Shown: positions 48,309 through 59,564 of the stretch, piece by piece
Numbering within the stretch: the stretch's first letter is position 1
How the letters are laid out: each line of letters begins with the position of its first letter
Source: an uncultured Gemmataceae bacterium
Lineage (GTDB): Bacteria; Planctomycetota; Planctomycetia; Gemmatales; Gemmataceae
Length of the DNA: 64,000 nucleotides
Assembly (NCBI GenBank): GCA_963750165.1
Contig: CAVVPN010000003.1
Span: 1,920,001-1,984,000, forward strand
Direction: 5' to 3'
Position numbers and translations under genes: made by a program
Notes under the pieces: model-generated
What the model was told of the DNA's origin: nothing
Databases searched by the model: none
Seen by the model: the letters and a program-made list of their open reading frames with translations, nothing else

Positions 48309-49322
48309 TCAAGCCGCATTTCCCGCCTTCGCCCTTGTCTCAACAGCCTTTAACAAGCAGCAATGCTTGTACTTCTTCCCGCTCCCACAGGGACATGGAG
48401 CGTTCCGGCCATATCGCTGGCGAACCAACGACGGCAGCTTCAGCAACGATCCGGTGTCCTGGTGGAACATCTCCCGAAGCATCGCGTACAATTGAGGGTC
48501 ATTTCTCTGTAGTAAATCCGGCGACTTAAAGAAATACTCGGCCAGCACCGCGAGGAATTCGTGTTCGTTCGTATATGCGTAGCTGTTGATGTAGGCATGA
48601 TTCTTGGGGGGATGGGAAAGTTCTTGTGCCACGTATTGCACCCAATGCTTGACTGCCTGCCAGGGAACTTCAGACGGGAGCCCGTGTTCGGCCTCTTCAT
48701 TTTCCACCAGGTGAACGAACTCATGTACACCCACGTTGTCCTTGCTCGACGGGTTATCGAAGCCCCCGAGGAGAGACGGCATGGAAAGAATCATCACACC
48801 GCTGAGGTGCTTCAGGCCGACCATGCCAAGTATGTTTTCGTCGGCGTTCCCGGTTGATTGATACTTCTCCCCGAATGAACCAGGGTAGACAAGCACTTCA
48901 CCCAGTCGATGGTATTCCCAATCGTGGAACCCGAAGATGGGGATTGCGGCACTGGCGGCAACGAGAACCCGAACGGTGTCATCGACCTCCGTCCGGATCC
49001 CCGTGATGCGGACTTCATCGAGAAATACGTTGACGATCTGTCGGAAGCGCTCCTTCTCCGGGTCTGGCAGCGCTCGAAAAAACGCGACATGAGATTGCAA
49101 GACTTGTTCCCACGGAGCGGGGAACGGTTGTTTCATTATCCGCAACCGCCGGAGGCAGCGCTTGCGCACCAACCAGTAGATGAGTGGACAGAGGCCAAGA
49201 GAGAGAAGCACCGGAGGTAAAAACCAGCCCGCAACTGCGGCCGTGACTGCCATCACGCCAACAATCGTGAGGGCATCATTACAGTTTCGACGATTGTTTG
49301 CGGCGGTCACCAGCATTGTCAT
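48309..49322 (-). CDS. MtfA/M90 family zinc peptidase with C-terminal SEC-C motif
   Basis: NVGVHEFVH, YAYTNEHEFLAVLAEYFF, GRNAPCPCGSGKKYKHCC. Confidence 0.88.
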   Translation of the reverse strand: MTMLVTAANNRRNCNDALTIVGVMAVTAAVAGWFLPPVLLSLGLCPLIYWLVRKRCLRRLRIMKQPFPAPWEQVLQSHVAFFRALPDPEKERFRQIVNVFLDEVRITGIRTEVDDTVRVLVAASAAIPIFGFHDWEYHRLGEVLVYPGSFGEKYQSTGNADENILGMVGLKHLSGVMILSMPSLLGGFDNPSSKDNVGVHEFVHLVENEEAEHGLPSEVPWQAVKHWVQYVAQELSHPPKNHAYINSYAYTNEHEFLAVLAEYFFKSPDLLQRNDPQLYAMLREMFHQDTGSLLKLPSLVRQRYGRNAPCPCGSGKKYKHCCLLKAVETRAKAGNAA

Positions 49323-49391
49323 GTGCTCCTGGCAAGAAGGCCCCCTTCCCTTTCCGCAAAGGGCTCGGTAATTTGCGATCCTCCGCAGTCG

Positions 49392-50222
49392 CTAGGCTTC
49401 CTTCGCCGCATGATACTCCCGGCGAATATGTTCAAGGTCCACGGAGGGCGGGGGGAATTTCATGTCCAACGCTTCCAAGTGTTCCACGACGATCCGTGCG
49501 ATCGCGAGGTTCCGGAACCACTTGTGGTCGGACGGGATGATGAACCAAGGGGCGTGTTTGGTACTACAGCGGGACAGGACATCCTCGTAAGCCGCCGTGT
49601 AGTTGTCCCAGAACTTGCGCTCCTTGTAGTCGGACTCGCTGATCTTCCATTGCTTGGCAGGATCGTCAAGCCGGTCCTTGAAACGACTCAGTTGTTCTTC
49701 TTTGGAAATGTGGAGGTAGAACTTGAGGATGTGCGTGTTGTCCTCGACGAGTTCCTTCTCGAACGCGTTGATCTCGTCGTATCGGCGGGACCAGACCTTT
49801 TCCGGGACCAGATTGTGGACACGGACGACGAGCACGTCCTCATAGTGGGAGCGGTTGAAGATGACCACTTCTCCTTTTGCAGGAGTAGGCTGATGAATTC
49901 GCCAGAGGAAGTCGTGGGCCAATTCCTTGGCAGTAGGCTGTTTGAACGCCGCCACACGGCAGCCCTGGGGGTTCATCGCGCCCAGGAAATGGTTAATCGT
50001 CCCGTCCTTGCCCCCCGTGTCCATCCCTTGCAGGCAGATCAGAAGTGAGCACCGTCGATCCGCGTAGAGCAACTCTTGCAGCTGGCGCAGCTTGGTCCGG
50101 TCTTGCTCCATTTCCGCGGCCGCATCCTTGTGGCTCTCGTGGTGGCGCTTGAACCCCGGATCGATGTCCTTGAGCTTTACTTTGCTGCCGGCCGCCACTC
50201 CGAACCGATTGACATATTTCAT
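49392..50222 (-). CDS. ppk2: Polyphosphate kinase 2 family protein
   Basis: [11 protein letters not shown]alker [27 protein letters not shown]. Confidence 0.92.
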   Translation of the reverse strand: MKYVNRFGVAAGSKVKLKDIDPGFKRHHESHKDAAAEMEQDRTKLRQLQELLYADRRCSLLICLQGMDTGGKDGTINHFLGAMNPQGCRVAAFKQPTAKELAHDFLWRIHQPTPAKGEVVIFNRSHYEDVLVVRVHNLVPEKVWSRRYDEINAFEKELVEDNTHILKFYLHISKEEQLSRFKDRLDDPAKQWKISESDYKERKFWDNYTAAYEDVLSRCSTKHAPWFIIPSDHKWFRNLAIARIVVEHLEALDMKFPPPSVDLEHIRREYHAAKEA

Positions 50223-50301
50223 CTTGACCCTCCTATCCCTATCTGCATGCCACCGCCGTGCCCTCGACGAGACCGCTTCGACCAGCGGAGGCCGAGTCGG
50301 T

Positions 50302-53029
50302 TCATTTGGGGGACTCGCCATGCCGAGTCTCTCGCTCCGCCTCAAGCCAGTCTTGATCTGCCTGGCTTTGACCTTGGACTCGCTCCTGGTAGAGTTCATA
50401 GGCCCGTGCTGCGATCTGCGGCGTCAAATCGGACGGCGTCTGCGCTTTGGCTTCAGGCTTACGCTGGGCTCTGGCTTCCGGTGTGGCCCCAGCTTTGGTG
50501 TGATCCAAAATCCAATAGGCGAGCAGTTTCACACGGTCATTCACAAGGAACCAGGCCAGAGCATAGCCCCAAACGAACAGCGCCCATTCCCAGGGGAGAG
50601 CTTCCATGAAGACCCCACAAACCGCGATCAGAGTCGCTATGATCTGCGTGCCGAGCACAGCTATCCAAAGGATCCGCGCGGGGCGTATGGACCAGAACGG
50701 GCCGCGCGTGCGCGTCAGGAAGATCGTCAGGTGGCCAGCCACGGACAGCTTCAAGTACATCAGGGTCTGGATGTGCGCGCGGTCGAGCCGGGGGAGGAAG
50801 CTGTTAAGCAGATTCTCCTCGGCCAGATAGAACAGGCCAAACGCAGCCACGACCCCAACGACCCCGAGCACCGTGGAAATCCCCAGCACCATGCGCATGT
50901 TCCAGGCTTCGGGTTGGTTCCTGTAATGAACGTTGTCGTAGGCGATGGACAGGATGGCGCCGTCATTGAGCAACGCGATCATCACGATCATTACCGCGGT
51001 CACCGGATAGAACTTGAAGATCAGGATCGCCAGCGTCATGAAGAACAGCACGCGCAGCGTCTCGGCGATGCGGTAGATCGCATAGCTGTTCATCCGCTGG
51101 AAGATTTTCCGGCTCTCCTTGATCGCGTCGATGATCACCGACAGGCCGGGCGCCACCAGCACGATGGACGCCGCCGCGCGTGCCGCGTCCGTCGCGCCGG
51201 AAACGGCGATGCCGCAGTCGGCCTTCTTCAGCGCGGGAGCGTCATTGACCCCGTCGCCCGTCATGCCGACGATGTGGCCGCGTTTTTGCAGAACGTCAAT
51301 AATGTGGAACTTGTGTTCGGGGAATACCTGGGCAAAACCGTCGGCCTTGTCAATGGACTCGGCCACCTCCGCGGTCTCTTGCTTTTTCGAGTCGCCCAGA
51401 CTGGCGGCATCAAGGATATTGGCGCCCATGTCCAGCTTTTTGGCGGTCTCCTTGGCGATGGCCAGTTGATCGCCCGTCACCATCTTGACTTTCACGCCCA
51501 TCTTGCCAGCGGTTGCGATGGTTGCCTTGGCATCGTCACGCGGCGGATCGAACAAGGGCAAGACACCGAGAAACTGCCATTGCCCGTTTCCCTCGGTCCG
51601 CGCCACGCCCAAGGAACGAAATCCGCTCGCCGCGAATTCGGCGACCGCTTTGTCGACGGCGGGTTTCACCTGCCCGGCATTGGCCGACATTGCGATAATT
51701 ACCTGGGGTGCCCCCTTGGTTACCTTGAACTCCGTGCCGTCCGCGCCCTTGACGGTGGCTTCGGTGCGTTTATGCACCGGGTCGAATGGGAGGAAATGAA
51801 CCGCCTGATAGCTCTTCAAGGTTTTGTCGTCCTTCACGCCGCCGAGCACGGCCAGATCAATGGTGTCGTTGTCTTCCGCGCGCGACGCCAGGGCACCGGC
51901 AAGGATGACTTGGTCGGCAGGGATACCGTTGACCGTGAACGGATCGCCCAGCGTCAGCTTGTTCTGCGTCAGGGTGCCGGTCTTGTCCGCGCACAGCACA
52001 TCCACGCCGGCCAATTCCTCGATGGCCACCAACTTGCTCACAATCGCTTGCTTCTTGGCGAGCAGACGCGCGCCGACGGCCATCGTCACCGACAACACCG
52101 TCGGCATGGCCACGGGAATGGCCGCGACCGTGAGGATGAGGGCGAATAAGAGGACAGGATCCCTGGGAGGTGTGCGCGTAGAGCATCGGTTCGCCGCGGA
52201 GGATACCGACCGTAATAATGACCGCCACCAAAGCCAGCGCGAGAATGATCAGGTACTTGCCGATCTTCAGTACGGCCTGTTGAAAATGACTGACGGTGTG
52301 CGCCTCCTGCACCAGTTTCGCCGTCTCGCCGAAGTAAGTGTTGGTGCCGGTGGCATAGACCAGGGCGCCGATTTCACCACGACGCATGATCGAACCGGAA
52401 AACACCGCGTCGCCCGGTTTGCGCGTGGCGGGCAGGGACTCTCCCGTCAGCGCGGACTGATCCACCGACACCTCGTCGCCTTCCAGAAGGCGAGCATCCG
52501 CTGGTACGATGTCTCCCAGCCGCAGGCGGATGACGTCGCCCGGCACCAACTCGCTTGCCGCCGGGTTGATCCACTTGCCATCGCGCTTCACTCGGGCCTT
52601 GACCGCCAGCCTGGCCTTCAGGGCGTCGATGGCGTTGCCGGCCTGGCGTTCTTCCCAGAATCCCACCACGGCGTTGCAAATAAGCAAGAAGAGGATGATG
52701 CCGAAATCCTCCCAGTGCCCGACCGCGGCCGACAGAATCACCGCCACTTCAATCATCCACGGGATGGGGCCCCAGAAGTAGGTGAGGAATTTCAGGATCG
52801 GATTGGTCTTCTCTTCTTTGATCTCGTTCGGCCTATATTGGGTCAGCCGCTTCAGCGCCTCGGCTTGAGTGAGGCCGTCAGGCGACGACCCCAATTTCTT
52901 CTCCACTTCCGGCATGGGCAGGGTTTTCAGATCGTCCTTCGCATCGGGCTTCGATTCGGGAGCCTTCCCATTGGGCCCCGACACCGGCTTCGAGTCGGGT
53001 GTCTTGGGCTGATCGACATGGGTTGCCAT
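50302..53029 (-). CDS. Plasma-membrane proton-efflux P-type ATPase (P3A), frameshift ~52165, with a DUF2934-like tail
   Basis: [38 protein letters not shown]; split across ORFs 51857..53254 and 50302..52113. Confidence 0.88.
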
Positions 53030-53135
53030 GATGGGTATCCTTTCTCTTTCGTCTTTGCCACAGGTCTTGTGAGTTGGGGGATACTGGCTCCCGCGCACTG
53101 ATTTGGAGTGCCAGTTCCGGCTGGTGCGATTGCTG

Positions 53136-53924
53136 TCATGCTGGTTGCCCTCCGGTTTTCGGCTCGCTGATCCCAGCCCGGACGATGGCCAGAAACTGGT
53201 CGGCATGCAGGCTGGCGCCGCCGATGAGGGCGCCGTCCACGCCGGGCCGGCCAAGCAGCGCGGCGGCGTTGTCCGGCTTCACGCTGCCGCCGTACTGTAT
53301 GGCAAGCGTCTGAGCCGATTTCTCGTCGAACATCTGGCCATAGCGGCGCCGAATAACGGCGTGCGCCTCTTGAGCCTGCTGGGGGGTGGCGCCGTGTCCG
53401 GGTTTACCGATCGCCCAGACCGGCTCGTAGGCGATGGTCAGGCGCGGCAAGGCATCCGCCGGCACCCCGGCCAATCCCTGAATGAGTTGCCGATCGAGCA
53501 CCGTTTTGGTCTGGTCTGCCTCACGTTGGTCCAGCGTTTCGCCGACGCATAAGATCACGTCGAGGCCGGCGGCCAAGGCAACCCTTACCTTTTGGTTGAT
53601 GAACGTATCGGTTTCGCCCAGAATGTGCCGGCGCTCGCTGTGTCCGAGGATAACGTACTTGCAGCCGAGATCGAGCAGCATCATCGGGCTGACCTCGCCG
53701 GTGAACGCGCCTTCCTTCTCGGGATAGAGATTCTGCGCGCCCAGCGCGACGCGGGTGCCTTTGAGAATCGCCCCGACAACGGCCAGATAAGGGAAGGGCG
53801 GACAGACAGCAACGGATACGCGGCCCTCAATGCCCACGCCGTCCACGACCCCCTTGGCTAGCCGCCTGGCTTCGGCGGCGGTGGTATACATTTTCCAGTT
53901 CCCGGCGACGAGTTTCTGGCGCAT
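53136..53924 (-). CDS. tpiA: Triosephosphate isomerase
   Basis: AGNWKM, GHSERR, AYEPVWAIG, YGGSVK, GALIGGASL. Confidence 0.96.
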   Translation of the reverse strand: MRQKLVAGNWKMYTTAAEARRLAKGVVDGVGIEGRVSVAVCPPFPYLAVVGAILKGTRVALGAQNLYPEKEGAFTGEVSPMMLLDLGCKYVILGHSERRHILGETDTFINQKVRVALAAGLDVILCVGETLDQREADQTKTVLDRQLIQGLAGVPADALPRLTIAYEPVWAIGKPGHGATPQQAQEAHAVIRRRYGQMFDEKSAQTLAIQYGGSVKPDNAAALLGRPGVDGALIGGASLHADQFLAIVRAGISEPKTGGQPA

Positions 53925-53989
53925 GTTTGGTTTCCCTTGGGTGCTCAAAGAGGCTTTCGGCAGATGCGCCGCCACGCGGCGCGCTCTCC

Positions 53990-55015
53990 CTACCGATCCA
54001 TCTCCAACGCGGCATCGTACTTTCCTCGGCGCGCCGCCATGTTGCACCTCGCCCGGTGATATAGAGCTTTCTGTGCCGCTACCACATTGGCTTCCTTGCC
54101 TTGCCAGATCTCTAATGCCGGTTGCTGAATGGCGCGGGCAAATGAAAACCCGACCGCCCAAGGCAGGCGCGCCTTGAATCGAACATTCATCGCATTCAAA
54201 CGGGCCGAGGCCAGTTCACCTGCTTGGCCGCCCGACAAGAACGCAATCCCCGGAACGGCAGCGGGGACGGCTCGCATGAGACACCTGACCGTGGCGTCGG
54301 CTACCTCGTCTACCGTTTCTTGCTTGGAGCACTTCAATCCTGGAAGCACCATGTTGGGCTTCAGCAGCAAACCCTCCAGCATCACCCGTTGAGTGTACAG
54401 CTGGTTGAACAGCGTTCGCAGTACGTCCTCCGTTACCTCGCGGCACCTCGCCAGGGTATGCTCGCCGGCCATCAGGACTTCCGGCTCGACGACGGGAACC
54501 AGTCCGGCTTCCTGGCACAGCGCGGCATAGCGAGCCAACGCCTGCGCGTTGGCCTCGATGCAACCCCGGCTCGGAATGCCACCCCCCAACGTAATCACCG
54601 CGCGCCACTTGGCAAAACGGGCACCCATTTGAGAGTATTCAGCCAGGCGCTTACGCAAGCCGTCCAGGCCTTCGGTTACCTTCTCTCCCGGATGACCTGC
54701 CAGATCCTTGGCACCGGTGTCAACTTTGATGCCGGGAATGATTCCCGCATCAGTGATGACTTTCAGAAAGGGAGTGCCATCTTTCTTCTGCTGGCGGATC
54801 GTCTCGTTGTAGAGAATCACGCCACTGATGCACTCACCGAGATCGGGCGTGGTCACAATCATCTCACGATAGGCACGGCGGGCCTCCTCGGTCTGGGGAA
54901 TCCCAACCTTGGCAAACCGTTTGTTGCACGTTGGATTGCTTTCATCCATGGCCAGGAGGCCCTTGTTGTCGGCAACCAACGTTTTCGCTGTATCGATCAG
55001 GTCTTGTGTTTTCAT
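53990..55015 (-). CDS. Fructose-bisphosphate aldolase class I (eukaryote-like family)
   Basis: KGLLAMDES, GIKVDTG, FAKWR, VEPEV, LKPNMV, FLSGGQ. Confidence 0.94.
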   Translation of the reverse strand: MKTQDLIDTAKTLVADNKGLLAMDESNPTCNKRFAKVGIPQTEEARRAYREMIVTTPDLGECISGVILYNETIRQQKKDGTPFLKVITDAGIIPGIKVDTGAKDLAGHPGEKVTEGLDGLRKRLAEYSQMGARFAKWRAVITLGGGIPSRGCIEANAQALARYAALCQEAGLVPVVEPEVLMAGEHTLARCREVTEDVLRTLFNQLYTQRVMLEGLLLKPNMVLPGLKCSKQETVDEVADATVRCLMRAVPAAVPGIAFLSGGQAGELASARLNAMNVRFKARLPWAVGFSFARAIQQPALEIWQGKEANVVAAQKALYHRARCNMAARRGKYDAALEMDR

Positions 55016-55051
55016 TCGGGTTACTCCACTTTCAGTTGGAATATCCGGCAC

Positions 55052-55309
55052 TCAGCGGCCTCGGGAAGCTACGTCCATCGGCCGCCACCATTTTGGCGGC
55101 GGGTACACGGCCCTGGCGATCGTGGCCGAGAGCCAACCGATCACCCATCCGAGGAAGACCAAGAGGAAGGTGTGCGCAGTATCTTTGCTGGCTACAGACA
55201 CCACAACAGCCAAAATGAAAGCCCATACAACAGCACAGCCGATGCTGTAGACCGTATAGGTCCGTAGTGACAGCTTCATTCCGTCGTCCTTTTTCGTATT
55301 GAGTTTCAT
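55052..55309 (-). CDS. Small two-TM hypothetical protein
   Basis: ATGA overlap with the xfp stop; two hydrophobic helices and YPPPKWW. Confidence 0.65.
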   Translation of the reverse strand: MKLNTKKDDGMKLSLRTYTVYSIGCAVVWAFILAVVVSVASKDTAHTFLLVFLGWVIGWLSATIARAVYPPPKWWRPMDVASRGR

Positions 55310-57718
55310 TTGGCCCCGCTCCATTTCCAGTGGCGGATTTCCGGCAAGTCTTGGCCGTGCTGGTCGATGTAATGCTTGTGCTCGATGAGCTTGTCCTGCA
55401 CCAACTGCTTCAGGTAGGCACCCTTGGTGCCCAGGTTCGGCAGCCGATCCACCACGTCTTGCACGAGGTGGAATCGGTCCAGGTCGTTCTGCACCCGCAT
55501 GTCGAAGGCCGTCGTGATGGTGCCCTCTTCCTTGTAGCCCCGGACGTGGAGGTTGCGGTTGGTCCGGCGGTAGGTCAGGCGGTGGACCAGCCAGGGGTAT
55601 CCGTGAAACCCAAAGACGATGTGCTTATCTTTGGTGAACAGGGAATCGTAATCCGTCTCGCTCAGCCCGTGGGGGTGTTCGCTCGCAGATTGCAGCTTCA
55701 TCAGATCGACGACGTTGACCACGCGGATTTTCAGATCGGGCAGGTGCTGACGCAGAATGGAAACGGCGGCCAGGATCTCCAGCGTGGGCGTGTCGCCGCA
55801 GCAGGCCATCACCACGTCCGGTTCAGCGTTCTGGTCATTACTGGCCCACTGCCAGATGCCGATGCCTTCGGTGCAATGGACGACCGCGGCGTCCATGCTC
55901 AGCCATTGCGGGAGGGCGTGCTTGCCGGCCACCACCACGTTGACGTAGTTCCGGCTGCGCAGGCAGTGATCGAAGACCGACAGCAGACAGTTCGCATCGG
56001 GCGGCAAGTAGACGCGCACGACGTCGGCCTTCTTGTTGATAACATGGTCGAGGAAACCGGGATCCTGGTGGGTGAAGCCGTTGTGATCCTGCTGCCAGAC
56101 GTGGGAGGCGAGCAGATAGTTCAGCGACGAAATCTTTCGGCGCCAGGGTAGCTCCAAACACACCTTCAGCCACTTGGCGTGCTGGCTGAACATCGAATCG
56201 ACGATGCGAATGAATGCCTCATAGCTGTTGAACAGCCCATGCCGCCCGGTCAGCAGATAGCCTTCCAACCAACCCTCGCACTGGTGTTCGCTGAGCATCG
56301 AGTCCAGCACCCGCCCGGTGGGCGCGAGGAATTCATCATTCTTTTGTTCCCGGGCGTCCCACTGACGGTTGGTGACTTCAAACACCGCGCCCAGGAGGTT
56401 CGAGAGAGTCTCATCGGGACCGAAGATGCGGAAATTACGCTGCTCCTGATTCAGCTTGGCCACGTCGCGCAGGAACTTGCCCAATACGAGTGTATCCTGA
56501 CCGTTCACGGCACCGGGCGAAGGCACATTGACCGCGTGGTCGTGGAAATCCGGCATGCGGAGGTCGCGCAGCAGAATGCCGCCGTTGGCGTGCGGGTTGG
56601 CGCCCATCCGTCGATCGCCCTTCGGCGCCAGCTCGGCCAATTCCGGCATGAGCCGGCCCTTTTCATCGAACAGCTCTTCCGGCTTGTAGCTCTTCAACCA
56701 GGTCTCCAGGAGCTGGACATGATCGGGATGGTCGGCATCAACCAGGATCGGCACCTGGTGCGCTCGGAAGGTGCCCTCGATTTGCAGGCCATCGACGACT
56801 TTCGGCCCCGTCCAGCCCTTGGGCGACCGCAGGACGATCATGGGCCAGCGCGGCCGCATGTTGTCCTTCTTGGTCCGCGCATTCGCTTGGATTTTCCGGA
56901 TGTCCTCGATGGCCTTCTCCACCGTGGCGGCCATGAGTTGATGCATTGTTTCCGGCTCATCCCCCTCCACAAAGTAAGGCGTCCAGCCGCAGCCGCGGAG
57001 AAATTGCTCCAATTCCTCAGGCTCGATGCGGGCCAGGACGGTGGGGTTGCTGATCTTGTAGCCATTGAGGTGCAGGATCGGCAGCACGGCTCCATCGGTA
57101 ATGGGGTTGAGCAACTTGTTGGACTGCCAGGCGGTCGCCAGGGGGCCGGTTTCCGCTTCACCGTCGCCGATCACGCAGGCGACGATCAACTCGGGATTGT
57201 CGAACGCGGCTCCGAAGGCATGGCTGAGCGAGTAGCCCAGCTCGCCGCCTTCGTGAATAGATCCGGGCGTCGTTGGCGCAACGTGGCTGGAAATCCCGCC
57301 GGGAAACGAGAATTGCGTACACAGCTTTTTCAGCCCGGCTTCGTCCTGGCTGACGTTCGGATAGATCTCACTCCAGGTGCCTTCGAGGTAGACGTTGCCC
57401 ACAATCGCCGGGCCGCCGTGACCGGGACCGGCGATGTAGATCATGTCCAGGTCATACTTCTTGATGACCCGGTTCAAATGCACGTAGATGAAGTTCTGGC
57501 CCGGCGTCGTGCCCCAGTGTCCGACCACCAGCGGCTTCACGTGCGACAGCTTCAGCGGCTCGCGGAGCAACACATTGTCGTACAGATAGATCTGCGCACG
57601 ACAGATAGTTGGCGGCGCGCCAGTAGGCGTTCATCTTGTGGAGCAGGTCCGGGGACAGCGCTTGGGGCTTCGGCGTTTTCGTCTTCGTGGTTTCGGTCTT
57701 CAGGGTTTCTGTCTTCAT
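55306..57718 (-). CDS. xfp: Xylulose-5-P/fructose-6-P phosphoketolase, frameshift ~57598
   Basis: YWRAANYLS in one frame; [32 protein letters not shown] in the next. Confidence 0.92.
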
Positions 57719-57736
57719 GATCCTGGTCTCCTTCTT

Positions 57737-58930
57737 TTAGCCAAGGCCGAGAACGCGGTAAACCGTCTTGGCTATCATGAGTTCTTCGTCCGTGCGAATG
57801 ACACGGACGCCAACCCGGCTGGCCGGCGCGGAAATCACGCCCTCAGTCGCCGCGTTTCGCTTTTCGTCGAGTCCGATTCCAAGGAACCCCATCCCAGCGC
57901 AAATCCGGGCGCGAACCGTGGGCGCGTTCTCTCCGATGCCGCCAGCGAACACCAACGTGTCCAGTCCGCCCAAGGCCGCCGCGAATGCTCCGATCCATTT
58001 CTTGACCTGGTAGCAAAAAAGCGAGACTGCTTCAGCCGCCCTCACGTCCTTCGTTTCGCACTTCAGCAAGTCGTGCATGTCGGAACTGGTTTCAGAAATC
58101 CCCAGCAAACCGGATTGGAAATTGACCATCTCGTTGAATTGCTTCGCGCTCATGTTTTCCGTGCGCGCCAGATACCAAACCAGTCCGGGATCGAGATCGC
58201 CCGAGCGGGTGCTCATCGGCACTCCGGCTGTCGGGGTGAAACTCATGCTCGTGTCCATGGATTTGCCGTCCTGCACGGCCGCCAGGCTCGCGCCATTGCC
58301 GAGGTGGGCGAGGATGACCCGGCCTTGTGCCACTTCCGCACCGTCCAGGCGAGCCAGTTCTCCCATGAGAAACGCATACGACAATCCGTGGAACCCGTAG
58401 CGCCGCACCCCCTTCGCTTCGTAGCGGCGTGGGATCGGCAACATGCGGGCAACGCGCGGCAGATCATGGTGAAAGGCCGTGTCGAAACACGCTACCTGGG
58501 GCAGATCAGGAAATCGGCGCTGAAACGCTTCGATCAACAACAGCTCCTCCGGCATATGCTCAGGATCGAATGGACTCAGTCGGTGCAACTCCTGTACCAT
58601 TTCCACGGTGATTTTCTGCGGTTTGCTATACTTCGGACCGCCATGCACCACGCGATGCCCCACCGCGGTCAACGCCTCGCGCCCGCTGCGCTCCTCGATC
58701 CAATCCATCAGAGCGCCCACCGCCGCCGTGTGATCCGGCGCTGTCACCGACCGCGAAAAGTTGTCCGCCTGGTTCAAGCCTTTCACCCGCAAAGCGGCCT
58801 CGGGCAATCCAATCCGCTCAATCGCGCCCGCCAGAATCCGCGGGAGCGAGTCGCTGTCCTCGAACAGCGCGAACTTGATGCTCGACGAGCCGCCATTGAT
58901 CGTCAGGATGCGTGGGCTAGCTGGGTTCAT
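57737..58930 (-). CDS. ackA: Acetate/propionate kinase
   Basis: INGGSSSIK, GHRVVHGG, RYGFHGLS, HLGNGAS, GGIGEN, TDEE. Confidence 0.94.
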   Translation of the reverse strand: MNPASPRILTINGGSSSIKFALFEDSDSLPRILAGAIERIGLPEAALRVKGLNQADNFSRSVTAPDHTAAVGALMDWIEERSGREALTAVGHRVVHGGPKYSKPQKITVEMVQELHRLSPFDPEHMPEELLLIEAFQRRFPDLPQVACFDTAFHHDLPRVARMLPIPRRYEAKGVRRYGFHGLSYAFLMGELARLDGAEVAQGRVILAHLGNGASLAAVQDGKSMDTSMSFTPTAGVPMSTRSGDLDPGLVWYLARTENMSAKQFNEMVNFQSGLLGISETSSDMHDLLKCETKDVRAAEAVSLFCYQVKKWIGAFAAALGGLDTLVFAGGIGENAPTVRARICAGMGFLGIGLDEKRNAATEGVISAPASRVGVRVIRTDEELMIAKTVYRVLGLG

Positions 58931-59564
58931 GGATGACTCCTTCTTCAAGCTGCAATCCTAACGACGCCAGTTTCGCGCACGTGGACTCGTAATCCGTGTG
59001 CAGTATGCTTTGAATCCCCAAACCTTCCGCGATCTGCACGAACATCGGCGTGTTTTCGATATAGAGGATCTGCTCGACTGGCGTCTGGGCGATGTCCAGC
59101 GCGAGCCGAAAGATGTCCACGTCCGGTTTGCGCAGGTGGACAAAGCAGGACGAAATAAAGAAATCCACGAATCCGCTCAGCTTGAACTTCCCAATCCGAT
59201 ACGCATTCACTTCGCGCGCCTCGTTACTAACCACGGCGATCTTCAGCTTGTGCCGGACTTTAAGCTCAGTGAAGAGTTCGATCATTTCAGGATACGGGCG
59301 CAACTGCGCGAACATGAATTCCCGGTACTGATCCCGTGTGAACGGTCGCTCCTCGTAAAAAACCGCCCGGCTCAGGTATTCCTCCAGCGTGAGTTTGCCC
59401 GTTTCATAAGTGTCGAACATCAGGTGATGCAGAATCTCTTCCTCATCCCACTCCAGCTTGAAATACGTCGCCGCCCGTTTCCGCGCTTGATGATCCCACC
59501 CGTTGGTGAGCAGGACACCGCCGATATCCAGAAACAACGTCGTGATCGGGATCGTGTTTGTCAT
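58917..59564 (-). CDS. HAD superfamily phosphatase
   Basis: FLDIGGVL motif I, VSN, RKPD. Confidence 0.88.
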   Translation of the reverse strand: MTNTIPITTLFLDIGGVLLTNGWDHQARKRAATYFKLEWDEEEILHHLMFDTYETGKLTLEEYLSRAVFYEERPFTRDQYREFMFAQLRPYPEMIELFTELKVRHKLKIAVVSNEAREVNAYRIGKFKLSGFVDFFISSCFVHLRKPDVDIFRLALDIAQTPVEQILYIENTPMFVQIAEGLGIQSILHTDYESTCAKLASLGLQLEEGVIHEPS

